A stretch of DNA of 64,000 bases from Octopus sinensis (GCF_006345805.1 NC_043019.1:9547360-9611359); one strand, 5' to 3'; counted from the first letter of the stretch, positions 51,956-64,000 are shown. The notes: generated by a model not told the origin, from the sequence alone. A program made the numbers and translations.

Positions 51956-53127
51956 TTTGTTCACCTAATTTCTAGCTGCACGGACTATACCAAACTGGTT
52001 TGGTGCTTCAATTTAAGTACCTAATTCAACTGAATCCAATTATATATATATATATATATAAAACAGGTAATTTTAAGTTAAAGATACTATGTACTAATTT
52101 AATAATGGTTTAATCTCTATTTTTGATTAGTCAACTTTATTACTTTCCTCAATTATGATCATTTGTATCTATTATCACTATTATAAATACATATATTGTG
52201 CACATATATTGATGACGTAATATTCAAATTTGCTAAATAGTAAGCAGCTTTGATACATCATTGTCTAGTAACTTTCAACACATTATCAAACACATGTACA
52301 GATACATTAAAAAATATATATATTACATATATATAACTATTGTTTAAAAATAAAAAATAAATATTGAATAATAGATAATAATAATAATAACAACAACAAT
52401 AATAATAATTTATTTTGCTATAATTACTAGAGATTACAATTGGTTGACTTATAACAAATTTCTTCAATGATTAAATATTTTTCTGACATTTCAATCTATC
52501 ATAATAAATAATAATGTAAATTAAAAATATCGTTTTTAGTTTCTAGGTAAAGTAATTGTATCAAGGTATTGTTTAAGCGAGCCAAAGGATGCTTTTGTTT
52601 TTCAACCTATTACATGCACATGCAAACAAATGAATTAACTAATTTGCATATACATATGCACGAGTAATGGTTTTGTTTTAAATACATCAGTTGCTGAAAT
52701 GCACATATCTGAGTGAAACAAGGGTCAAACAACACATTGGAATGTAGCTTCTTTCTATCAAATTCTTCCCCTGATGAAATACCCAATTAATGATATTCAA
52801 TATGAAAATTTTATTTAATATGATTTAATTTAATTTCTCAAATTGAATTGTTTGGACATGAAAACAATTGTAGGTGTAATGGGTTTGATATTGTTTGGAA
52901 CTGAATATGTTCTAATAAATTAAAGTCTATATATCAATTTCTCCATTTTCTTTTTTTTTTCATACAAAAATAGTAATATAACCATATCCTTCAATTTGAA
53001 ACTAACATCTTTGGTTTTTCACTGATATGCTGTATAAAACCAGGGAACTTGGATGCTAACGTCCCTTTAAGAGGATTTTATATCCTTGATTTAATTTAAT
53101 CGTACACACACACAGACACACACACAT

Positions 53128-53860
53128 TCTACAGCTGGATAGCCTTCTTAACATGAACCACTTTACCATGTGCACTAGGGGCTTTTTTTAAGTCTCCAGC
53201 ACTAGTGGAGTTGCCAAGTCAGGAAAGAACATGAAGAGGTATAAGGGGAAAGCCCAGTCAACTAAGTGACAGGAGTATTTGAGAGTGTAGAGAAGTGATT
53301 TTATACAAGGGACATTCACTTTAAGCTGTCTTCAATACACATATCCAAACCAGTGCAGTCTTCTGTCTTGCACACGCCATCTAACTCCTTTGGTGCCTCT
53401 TTTCTTTCAATACTTTACCACTTTGTCACATGTGTACATTCAATAAAGCATACTACCTTCCTTCCTCTCTAGCCTTTGCAATCTACCTTTCACTCAGAGA
53501 GAGAGAGAGAGATTCTGTTATCAACAGAAGTAATAGCTCACTGAGCTTCATCCATCTTATTCTTATTTTAGCACCTATACTTTCTGAATATTCTCTCCAC
53601 TGCTAATTAGGTCACCTGAGCAACAAACTATCTACCATCTCCAGGGCATTTGGGAAAATCTATTTCCCATGTACCCTTAGAGTTCGTTGCTATTGCAGAT
53701 CTTCCATATATGTACACTGCTTTCTCCATTAGCCTTCCTGTGATTCTATTGCACCTCTTGTTTGTCTATAGCTTGCATTGTGTACACATTATGAACTTCC
53801 TGCCACCACCTTCTTTACATATTGAGCAGGGTAATTTACCTAAGCAATAACAATTTGTAT
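53128..53860 (-). mobile_element. Old RTE 3' fragment
   Basis: ccaaaccagtgcagtcttct, aatctacctttcactcag and ctctccactgctaattagg are antisense to the RTE C-terminal region. Confidence 0.7.
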
Positions 53861-55162
53861 GGACATACACGTATCTCTTAAAGTAAATATGGGTTCATCC
53901 TTCCAGTTATACACACATTCACAAGTACTGACTGAATACATGTATATGCAAAGTCAAATAAGAGTCCACTTATAGCACATATTCTACAGTCAGATATAGA
54001 ATCAAGATCCAACACAGAGGAGGTTCCAAGTGTGGTGAAGTCTGAACAATAACACAGATAGGTTGAGGTTCCCTACAGCTGTTTCAGACATGTTCTTTAT
54101 TGATGAACAAAAATATTACATCATGTAAAAAAAAAACGTTTTCTTCTGGTGATTTAAACACTTAGGATTCTTCACATAAATTAAACATAATGCAAGCTGA
54201 CCATCCCATCTTGGTTACAACTGAGAGAGTGAATAGTGAATGCTATTTCAAAGTAAATACACATGGTGTGGTAAATTAAAGAACTCATTTTAGGGATTGA
54301 AAGAGAGGAAGGAAATGAAGGGAAATAGAAAGGGAGAAAAAGGAAAGAGAAAAGGATAAGAGAAAAAAAAGGAAAAACCTTTAATCCACTTACAAGATAT
54401 CAAAGGATTTCAAGGGCTAACAGTCAGCGGGACAAGATGATCTTGATGCCACCAAATGATGGCATCAAGATAAGCAAGAGAATGAGGGAGTGTAAATTTA
54501 ATTGTGGCAAGGTACAATAAACATGATATGAAATAAATTGGAGGCACCACCAGAAAACAGAAAATGGAGTGCCAAAGAAGATTACACACACACACACACA
54601 AGTATACATAAACATATATATATATACACACACACACCTGCATACCAGTATATAGAGACACCAGTGCTTGTTATATGAAAACATACAAACATATATACAT
54701 ACACACACACACATATTTATATATATATACATATATGCATACATACACGCATACATGTACATATATGCATACATACATACACATACATATATACATACAT
54801 GTACTCTCACTCATATATGTATATATATCACCATATATGCATACAAAATGAGTGTATACATATGCATGCTGGACTACAGTGCCATCTACTGAGAGAGTAA
54901 TAGACTTATATTTAAATATAGTAAAATAATGATGTTTAGTAAAGCAGTAAGTGAATTTGGGGGATACAGGTCAAAAAGTGAGGTCACGCACTATGTTATC
55001 ATTACATTACATGATATACTTATGTAGGCTGTGATTAGTAGCTGATGTTGATAAAGTAAATCCATTATAGAATTGCCCATATAGAATCTTGAGAGCAGGA
55101 TTGTGGACAATCACATACTGCCTAAATTACCTAAAAGGAAATGTAAATAGGGGTTTGTAGAA

Positions 55163-55420
55163 TTACACAACCAGTTTAAAGTATGCAAATTTGCATCTAA
55201 TCTGGTGGAAGCAATTAAGCCTTAATTCAATTTTGCTATTCAGTAGATTGATCTGATGTTTTAATATTTCATACAGTTTGGTGCAGCATAATCTACAGCC
55301 ATACCTATTATTAGAATATGGTCGAGCCCTCCCAACTATACCTCTTGTAATCTCAAATTGAGTATTACTCTCCCTTAATTCCCACACTTTCTCAGCCAGA
55401 GAAGTGCCATGAAGGAAAAA
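55163..55420 (-). pseudogene. Penelope-like GIY-YIG endonuclease C-terminal fragment (second family)
   Basis: TSLAEKVWELRESNTQFEITRGIVGRARPYSNNRYGCRLCCTKLYEILKHQINLLNSKIELRLNCFH resembles the PLE tail TxLSxxIWxLK...CxLCxxEKxxI...LLNKRxE...CxH, from recall. Confidence 0.7.
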
Positions 55421-57952
55421 TAAAACCCATCAAAGAGCAGCAGAACTTAATAATAGTCAATGGCTATCCAACAGTTGTGTGCATATGAATATATTGTTTC
55501 TATATTTTTCTTTTTTTTAATATTTTTTTATATTTTTATACATTTTATATATTTGTGTTTGTGTGTGTGTACAGGTCATCTTTCCTCACTAGTTTTGTGA
55601 TAACAACCAATCTAGGAGAAGGTATCTCCAAGATAAAATCATGAGCTTCCTATTTTGTCAATATTGTCATGCAGTTTGTCACACTGTTATCGTATCCTTT
55701 GACTAAATCGGTGGAGGTGGTGCAGTGCAAGCCTCGTCCACTTAAAACATATTCTATCCACACAAGCATTTCTTGTATAACAGCCAACATTTTCTCACTT
55801 GTTATCTGAGAGTTTGGCAGCAACCTCTTAAAATACAACCAGAAAGTATTTCAAAATGTATCTAAATAATCCTGTAAATGGCACAAAAACGGGTTTGGGG
55901 ACTTGCAGTCCTCAGGTCTGGCTCAGGAGGTGTATATATCTATCTATACACACACACACACATCTTTTTCACTTTTTTTTTCTTTACTGGTTTCAGCTTG
56001 AGTGCTGTGGCCATGCTGGGGCACCACCATTAGCTTTGCTATGCTTTCACTAGTTGAAACCACCTCTGATATGTGACATTTCATAAATGAGGGAGTTTGC
56101 TGTTGATGCCCTCATCTGCATTTCTTGCTGCGAGGTAGGCTCATCTGAACTTACAACAGGAGTCCACCCCATGTAGGTCTCTCAGGCTTTGTGGGAGGAT
56201 ACACTGAAGACACACAAACGCCTGTGTAGAAAAATAATTTCCTTACCTACAGTATCTTGTAGTTGCTAATTGTTGGTACTTTTAAAAAATAATCACATCT
56301 ACAAATCAGTTAAGACACTATTGTGGATCAGAAAAAAATAATAAACAGTTCTGTAGAATTTTGAAATTCATTGGATCTTTCAGGTCACCTGCTGAACAAA
56401 CGTCAATTAAAATGATGATCCCCAGTAGTAATGCTACAGCATAATTTATATCAGGTTCTGGTATACCAAGGTCACAGCACTAATAGTCATTGACACAACT
56501 AATCTCTCTGGGTGTACCCAAGGAAACGATGCAGCTACACCTAAATTTGACTCATGCTAATTGATGTGCCCTTTCCACATAAGAGACTTTACCTAAGCTT
56601 TGCTGTTTAATGAATTCCAAAGGCAAACACTTGACAATTGCTACACTGCATCCTGAACAGTACTGTTTTGCTGATAACAAGTCGTTTATAACTTGCTCAA
56701 GTGTTAGAAAAGCTTCCATAATATATTTATAACCCAGCAGGAAAAAAAAACACTGAATAGTGTGAGGTGCTTATGTGACAATGTTCAAAATTGCCAAGAT
56801 TATGATGGCCACTGATCCAATATCATATAAACTGGAGCTCATTGCAATTATTTCTTTATTACTGCATGTCTTGAAGTTCTAATATTTGGAATTACAAATC
56901 TCCTCTGGGGATGCTGGTTTCACATATTTTTAGAATGATTTTATTTCTGTGGCTGGTTTGCCACTCTACACTCCAGTTTCTACACATTTTAAAAATCATT
57001 TTTAGAATTAAATCATTTCAAGAGTAAAAAGATGATATAGTGCCTTCATTTAGAGCTTCAAATTAAATAAAAACTTTATTTGCATTAAATTAATCCCATA
57101 TTAAAAAAGATAGGATCTTATTTATTATGTTTGAATAAGGTGTATATAATGAACACAAATTATAAGATATAATATAAATATTGAGCACCTATCTGTGGCA
57201 TAGTGCACTAGAAATTGAATTGCTGTAAAAAGTAGTGAAAAATGAATTAATCTCTTACAGGAAATATAAGTTTACAAAAGGAATGCATTAAAGATTCTTC
57301 TAAACCAAACATACTTCCACTAAGAATAATTCTGAGCCATTTATAGTTACTTAACAGTCTGAGCACTGCCAGGTATTCTGCTAGTAGACAATATGTGTGT
57401 GTGTGTGTGTGTGTACATAGACATTCAGATATATATATATATGTATATATATATACACACACATGTATATCGCAAAAACACATACATATAAAGATGTGTG
57501 TGCATGTTGTGTAAACTTAGAAATATTGATGTAGTGATTTAGTAAACCAATCAGTCAAGTCATAGTTTAATGGGAGAAAGTAGATACGAAATAAGGAATG
57601 GACATGTTATCTCTATCGGCTTCTGTTGCTATTTCCCACCCACTGTGTTTCTCTCCTCCTTCCCTAGTCATTACTGTCTTTCTCTTCTTATTCTTTATCC
57701 CCCCAGTCTTCCATTACCCCTCTCTAGCTCTCTCTCTCTCACTCTTTCAGTTACTCATTCTTAGTTTGTGAGAGATCATCTTAACTCCACAAGGACACAA
57801 CCAAGTTGTACATGTCCCCATACACACATTTTGTGCGTGTCTGTGTGTGTGTGTATCTGCTTATATATGTTCTTTCTTCTTTTAGACATTCACCAATTTT
57901 TTTGTCTATGTATATGTGTCTTTTTCTTTATACATGCATTTACACACACACG

Positions 57953-57999
<47 letters not shown>

Positions 58000-58361
58000 A
58001 TGCACACACACTCACACACAGAGAAAGACATACATTTCTGTGTGTCTGTATTTTTTGTTGATTAGATTCTTGGAAGAAAATAAGAAAACAAAATCATGAT
58101 AAACAATAATGACAATTCTACTTCAACTTTTCTTTTCACTTGACTTCTTCTGAGATAAGACAATAAAAGTATACATATGAAGGATGTGTCAGAGGTGGTA
58201 GCACTGGTGCTGCAATATATATATATATATGCATTATATTTGCTCATAGAAGTAGTGGTGGTGGTGGTAGCTCATTTTCTGACATGGCACCAAAATGAGT
58301 GGGAAACATTTAAGGCTATCACAAGACAATAATACCACTATCACCAGCAATAACAGCTCTC

Positions 58362-58403
<42 letters not shown>

Positions 58404-58552
58404 ACACACACAAAACACACACACACACAGCTAACATTATCATGTTTCCAATATCAACGTCTTTGAATTCACTTGTGCTATATTTCTGATAATAATGATC
58501 AAGTCAGTCAGTTCCTATTATATAGTTCATTATTTTTCTGTTTATTTTTCAG

Positions 58553-58605
58553 AACCCCCTCAGGGTTCTGAATGTGATTTCAAGTGGCCACAGATGATAA
58601 TGCAG
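58553..58605 (+). CDS. Candidate 53-nt internal coding exon, unidentified gene
   Basis: Strong acceptor ttatttttctgtttatttttcAG| and donor CAG|GTAGTA. Only one frame is open: xPPQGSECDFKWPQMIMQ (phase 1 to phase 0). Confidence 0.5.
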
Positions 58606-59631
58606 GTAGTATACTGAAAGTTATAGTGAGGCAAATAGAAGAGTAGTTCCTCAAATGATAGAAGTAACCCCTGGCTGTGGTAGTAGCAAGGATTCTGAAT
58701 TTCCATTCAAAGGATGTCTCCAAACAGATACTAACAAAGTTTCACAGAGGGCCTCAACAGGGTACTCAATTTTCTAGAAACAGCAATCAAATCTTCCTCA
58801 AATTACACATTACTGTCTTAAATAAAGAAAGAACACATTAGATACTGCAGCCCATCTGAATAAGAGTAGTCATGACTGAAATGCTTTTGATTAAATGTCT
58901 GCTTATTCAGGGCTGAACTGGAGCTGTACATCAACATATCAAGGCTTTGGATATTTACAGACACACCTTATGTCATCATCATCATCGTCATCATCATCTC
59001 CATCATTTAATGTCCAGTTTCCATGCTGGTATGGGATGGACAGTTTGACAAGAGCTGGTAAACAAGATAGCTTTGCCAAGCTCTATTGTCCATTACAGCA
59101 TGATTTCTACAGCTTGATGCCCTTCCTAACATCAACCACTTTTCAGAGTGTACTGAGTGCTTTTTTTAGTGGCGTCAGCACCAGCAGGGTCACCAAGCAA
59201 CTTGTAGTTATGTACTGTCAGTTTTGGCTGGTTAGAGGGGATGTTCATTAAAAATCATGAATAGAATAATGGCAGTTTACACTAGAGATAACTTTTCTAT
59301 TCCACTAGGTGTCAGCACCAAATAACTTGCATCAAAGAGTGTTAAAATGTCATACGTAACCATTTCACCTAGAAGGATACAGAAACTTCTATACATATCA
59401 AAATGCTAGCCTATTATTTATGTGAACACAACAAAAACAACAGCTATAATCCCCATTTATGGGGCTCAAAATTGTTGTGTGTGAATCGATAAGTGAAAAA
59501 ATTGGAGTCAACAAGGAGTATGGTTGGACATTTATTTTCTATCACTACAATTGTTTCCACAGTCCTTCGGCAATAACACACCTTGATAAACTCTGTTGCT
59601 ACTACAAAAATTCATACATATATATACATAT

Positions 59632-59661
59632 CCGATGAACGGGAACGTGAAACTCTGAGTA
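59632..59661 (+). ncRNA. Minimal hammerhead-like core lacking stem I
   Basis: CCGATGA-ACG-GGAA-CGT-GAAAC-TCTGA-GTA. Stem III region ACTC-T-GAGT is palindromic. The upstream stem I strand is replaced by TA/CA repeat. Confidence 0.45.
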
Positions 59662-59754
59662 ACAGTTTCTGTGATGTTTCTGCTGCTTTTCAATAAGTAT
59701 ATATATATATATATATATATATACGCGAGAAAGAAGCAACAAGAATGGATAGGT

Positions 59755-59845
59755 TTTTAGTACAATCGTTTCATACAAGGACAGGCTTTATTAAAAGTTG
59801 TAAAAATTACAGCATATAAACGTGTCCCGTACTCATCAGCTAAAA
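59755..59845 (-). ncRNA. Type-I hammerhead ribozyme (left arm)
   Basis: Exact reverse-complement copy of 60089-60179. Confidence 0.8.
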
Positions 59846-60088
59846 TACATGTGAGTTCTCTAGACATCCTAGTGGTTGAGGCTATACTCATGAAGTAATG
59901 TAGATAATTAAGTAACATAAGCAGTAACATAACAAGTAACATAAGAATTTTAAAATTCTGTGATAAGACTGTACATCATCTTTAAAGAACTTTAATGAAC
60001 TTTGGAAATCTGCTTATGTTACTTAATTATCTACATTACTTCATGAGTATAGCCTCAACCACTAGGATGTCTAGAGAACTCACATGTA

Positions 60089-60179
60089 TTTTAGCTGATG
60101 AGTACGGGACACGTTTATATGCTGTAATTTTTACAACTTTTAATAAAGCCTGTCCTTGTATGAAACGATTGTACTAAAA
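60089..60179 (+). ncRNA. Type-I hammerhead ribozyme with extended stem II (right arm)
   Basis: TTTTAG (stem I) - CTGATGA - GTAC GGGACA...TGTCCT T GTAT (stem II, 60 nt) - GAAA - C GATT G - TA| - CTAAAA (stem I'). Predicted cleavage after 60173 (GUA). Confidence 0.8.
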
Positions 60180-60540
60180 ACCTATCCATTCTTGTTGCTT
60201 CTTTCTCGCTTATAATCACCCCACATTACTGTATTGTTAAAACAGTATAGTTTTTTTTGGTGCATCTAAGTTAGGTACCATATTCAAGTAAATTCATTTA
60301 AATTAACTTGAATCTTTATTGCTTTTTGTATATATATATATATATATTGATTATTCTTGACAATGCAGAGGACATAATGGGAACAATTTTAGCAGTGGCT
60401 TCATATCACTGTGTTACACATACCATCTGTATCAACTTGTATTGGTAAGCATTTGATAATCAATGAAAATACTAGAATCAAAGCTGAAACTAAACACCAG
60501 GTTTGTTTTGTAATGAATCAAATAACTACCAGAAATCAAC

Positions 60541-60574
<34 letters not shown>

Positions 60575-61119
60575 TCAGCTTTGTCTTTCATTAAGCATGC
60601 ACCTATAAATTAGAGTGAGAGGTTAAGGTTCATGCACTGGTGGTCAAGGTAATCCTAGATCCATGGGACTTTGATTGGCCCTAGTTGGAGGCTCTCCTGT
60701 ATTAAGATATCATCTCCTGTATCAAGAAGACTGTATTATTCATCTAATCTCATATTTTTGTAAAAAATGTAAAATGTAGTAAAGATGGTTTGCCAACATA
60801 ACATGGCAGTCCTGGTTTAGAACTAATGTTGCTGTAATTTAACCCCAGGAGACATTGTCTCCAGCTGGCTATACAACCCGATCTGTGTCCTTATATTTTC
60901 GAACAAGGAAAGAGATGTAAAAATAGTAATTTTCTAAAATATATAATGACATCTAATTTCTCCTTCTCCCCATTTTTCCTTTACTGTTTTTTACAAAGCC
61001 ACCACAAATTATATCCTGCCCTTCTAATGTCCCCTTCATCAGACATATTGAGTGAAATAAATTACCCTCTTCTTCTTCATCATCATCATCATTACCACCT
61101 CCACCACCACCATTTTTGC

Positions 61120-61260
61120 TCAAATTCTGCCTTGGTCAGTTTTGCTTTTATCCTTTCATTAACAATAAAATAAAGTACAAGTCAATGGAATTGATTGACC
61201 CCCTCCCTAACAAAACTACTGGCCTTGTACCTAAATCAGAAACCATTATTGTTGCTGTTG
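61120..61260 (+). mobile_element. Nin/Deu-domain SINE, decayed
   Basis: ctcaaattctgccttggtcagttttgcttttatcctttc...aaagtacaag...ggccttgtacc. Confidence 0.65.
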
Positions 61261-61887
61261 TGGATTCTCATAGTCTGAAGACATCTTTTAGAGTCTCTCT
61301 TGTAAACATGTTTTATTTAAAAATTAGATACTGAAATTTTCTTTGGAGTACTTATTAAAAAAGAACTATAATTGCTTAAGGATGGGCTGCCTGCAATATG
61401 TGTATGTATGGCAGGGGGTTTGACATCACAAAAAAGAGATTTATTTCATAGACTTTTAAAATTTTATTGACATTTTCAATCTAAAATAGCTACCACTCAA
61501 CAAAACATTACAATGGCTAATAAACAACATGAAATCAAAACCCACAACTAAATTGTACAAGAAAAAGAAAAAAATTAACAGTAGGGGAAGCATTAAATAG
61601 AAGAAAATATCTTGAATATTCAAATAAGTAATTTGGATGGCTGGACAGTAACGATAATACAAATGACCCTTAAAAAATTCCAAATACTGAAATCTGTTCA
61701 AACAGCAACAGGATAAAAATAAATTTTCCCTCAACACCAAGTGAAAAGACAGAATTTTGGACCTTGTCACAATTACAAGATAAGAAATATTGATGGAAGA
61801 ATATTGTAAAACCCATTAGTATTATTTTGCCACAGGAGATGGTGAAACAAACAAAAAACAAATTATTCATCTCTGCATAATGGAAAT

Positions 61888-62330
61888 GGATGAAATTACT
61901 CCTCACCATAGTTCAAACCCTCCAGGATATATTCAGAGAGATTAACATAATTGAAAAAGACTAAAGGTATGGCACTTTTTGCAGTACCTTTAAAGATGAA
62001 ACTGCAGCCAAAAGACAATGTGAAGTTGTCAGACACACATTCATCCTCCAGAACACAAGTGAAAGAAACACAATAGTCACCATATGTAGACAACTAACAG
62101 AGAATTTTGTGTTGCAGTATGGAAGGCTGAACAAAAGTGATTTATGGTCAGGGAACATCATAATGGACTAGCAAGTTCTACTGATTCCCAAGGACTACAA
62201 AGACATAAATGAACTGTGCCTGGTAAAAGGTACCAAAGTAAAGAGTATGAGATTGATGATACTAAATAGAAATCCTAGTTGTATTTGTTGGAGCAAAACA
62301 TAAGTGCCTTGAAGAAATGAAAAAAATGAA
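61888..62330 (+). pseudogene. Possible decayed LINE ORF1 (gag-like, L1/Tx1-type)
   Basis: A long frame with one stop: MKLLLTIVQTLQDIFREINIIEKD*RYGTFCSTFKDETAAK...LQYGRLNKSDLWSGNI, then frameshifted NGL / LIPKDY.. / a degenerate C..C.G..H..C knuckle. This is pattern-level resemblance only. Confidence 0.35.
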
Positions 62331-63224
62331 GCAAAAATAATGACAATGAACAGCAAGAAAAATAAACCTCAGTTTTCAAAGCACCACCAGCTAAAACACT
62401 GGAGATTGCAAAGAAAATATCACAAATAGATGAGAAAATACTTCATCACCTAATGGTACCAGCCTGTAGTGCTACACCTACAACATGCAATATGAAAGAA
62501 ATAATTACAGATGACAATATGAAAGAGAAAAAATGAGGAAAAAATATCAGGGTAAAAGAACTAGATCAAACAATGAAAACAAGAATAAAATACCTGATCA
62601 GGAAAATAAAGAAAATGAAAATGGAGATGACCTATCAGTTCTTCAAAAATCAAAAAAGCAGTTAATTGATAAAATTGTGCATTTGTGGAGGAATTTCTGA
62701 ATTTATAAAGACAAAGACATTTTGGTTCAGAATATAAAACAGCATGAAAAAGTTAGATGATTGCATTATATCAAACTTTAAAAAGAATAACCCCTAAGCA
62801 TCAAATGTTTAAAAAATGCTCACTGGTGCATTCTGATACATTTGAGCACAATTTGAGAAATGGTAAAGTGAATGGAGACATGGAGTATCCAACTCAACTT
62901 AACCAGAAAATCTCTCATGTTTTATTTCTTTAAATTCTATCTTGTTTTGATTGTGCTTTGTTTCATTTCCATGCAACTGTGTGAGTGTGTGTGTGTGTGT
63001 GTGTGTTTGCACACGTGGGTTGAGGGGAGGGGTACCTTTAAAATTCTTGATGCATTCATATAATGAATATATCTCTTACCTGCTCCCTTTCCATTTTTAA
63101 ACATGATTTTTAAGACTCCACATTATGCCTTCTTTGTTTCCCTAATGAAAGTTATGTATTTATCATCTCTTTAAGCCCTTGTGGCTTATAAAGAAGAGAT
63201 TAATGCTATGATTATTATTATTAT

Positions 63225-63670
63225 CACGAAGGTGGAGAAAGCAAATTCCTTACAGTGTCAGAAAAATTTGCCTTGCAGTATTTACTTTCGATCTTTACAT
63301 TCTGAGATCAAATCTCATCCAAAGACAACTTTGTCTTTCATCCTTTCAGGTTTGATAGAATAAAGTACCATCAGCTTTTAGCTAATAGTATTGACTGAAT
63401 CCCTTCCGTTCATAATTAGTGGCTTTGTGCTTAAATCAGAAACCATCATCATCATTATTAGGATGATTGATTGGTAGTTAGAGGAAAACAATGATTTATT
63501 ACAAAACAATGATTTATTTGTTCCAGCTCTTCACATCCTAAGTCCAAAGTTAATCTTGCCTTTCAACTTTTCAGAGATGATAAAATAAAGTACCAGTCCA
63601 GTCCTAGGCTAGATGGCATCAACTAACCTCAATTCCCAAATATTGATGGCTTTGTGCCTAAATTAGAAAC
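63225..63670 (+). mobile_element. Two decayed Nin/Deu-domain SINEs
   Basis: ctgagatcaaatctc...ctttcatcctttcagg...aaagtacca (63300-63370) and cttgcctttcaac...aagtaccagt (63556-63597), each with a ggctttgtgc-t-aa-t-agaaac tail. Confidence 0.7.
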
Positions 63671-64000
63671 AATTATTCTAATAAAACTGCATTTATTTTT
63701 CATTTGTTAGGAAAGGGTGAAAGGAAAGGTTGTGTAGCTTACATCCTTCTGAAAGGCAATTCTTATAACTCACAACCAGTATTTTACTTTTTAGTAACAC
63801 CCCTCGCCACACATACATTACTCCATCCTAAGAGGGAAGATAGCTGTTAGTTCAAAGGAAAAATAAACATTGTTTTGAAGTGCCTGAGTCTATCACAAAT
63901 TACTCAGGAGTTCAAGTGTGTGTGTGTGTGCATATGTTCATATGTTTCTGTGTCTGTATTTATATCTGACATGCACACACACACACACACATTTGTGTCT

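Larger units (their letters stand above)
59725..60209. mobile_element. Perfect 200-bp inverted repeat with 85-bp spacer (inverted Penelope-like pLTR pair)
   Basis: 59725-59924 was checked base by base against the reverse complement of 60010-60209: 200/200 identical. Confidence 0.95.

Noticed and set aside
54066-54125. Further hammerhead (minus strand GAAAC-AGCT-GTA)
   Set aside because: There is no CUGAUGA core and no stem I partner nearby. At most it is a remnant.
55650-55838. 62-aa minus-strand ORF
   Set aside because: No recognisable motif and no convincing splice donor.
56388-56545. Minus-strand exon encoding a TM-like peptide (PEPDINYAVALLLGIIILIDVCSAG)
   Set aside because: There is an in-frame stop just upstream, and both splice sites are weak. 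AT-rich DNA readily yields hydrophobic peptides.
59757-60177. Two identical ~55-aa ORFs on opposite strands, suggesting a duplicated small gene
   Set aside because: They are a consequence of the perfect inverted repeat. The conserved feature is the RNA fold, and the peptide resembles nothing I recognise.

Overview
This is an AT-rich, repeat-saturated animal genomic window that looks intronic or intergenic. The repeat families (tRNA-SINEs, Nin/Deu-domain SINEs, RTE LINEs with (GAT)n tails, huge (TA)n/(CA)n tracts) resemble those of octopus; that is inference from recall, not a search result. No intact protein-coding gene was recognised. There are only two or three candidate exons. Almost all ORFs in the supplied track are microsatellite read-through or decayed retrotransposon pieces. 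The main signal is a dispersed Penelope-like element (PLE) / hammerhead ribozyme system. It includes a perfect 200-bp inverted repeat (59725-60209) whose arms each carry a complete type-I hammerhead fold with a long stem II and a self-complementary stem III. It also includes five more hammerhead-like motifs from at least three other families (13.9, 18.2, 24.8, 33.4 and 59.6 kb), most ending on (TA)n tracts, and two decayed GIY-YIG endonuclease fragments (40.4-40.9 kb and 55.2-55.4 kb). Other contents: about a dozen RTE remnants, including a ~3 kb APE+RT copy; an RTE 3'UTR carrying a 61-62 bp VNTR with higher-order duplication; a deleted DD37D-type (maT) mariner; several MITEs; nested SINEs; and a candidate recursive splice site. 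All alignments and folds were done by eye. Boundaries of old repeats are approximate (about +/-20-50 bp).
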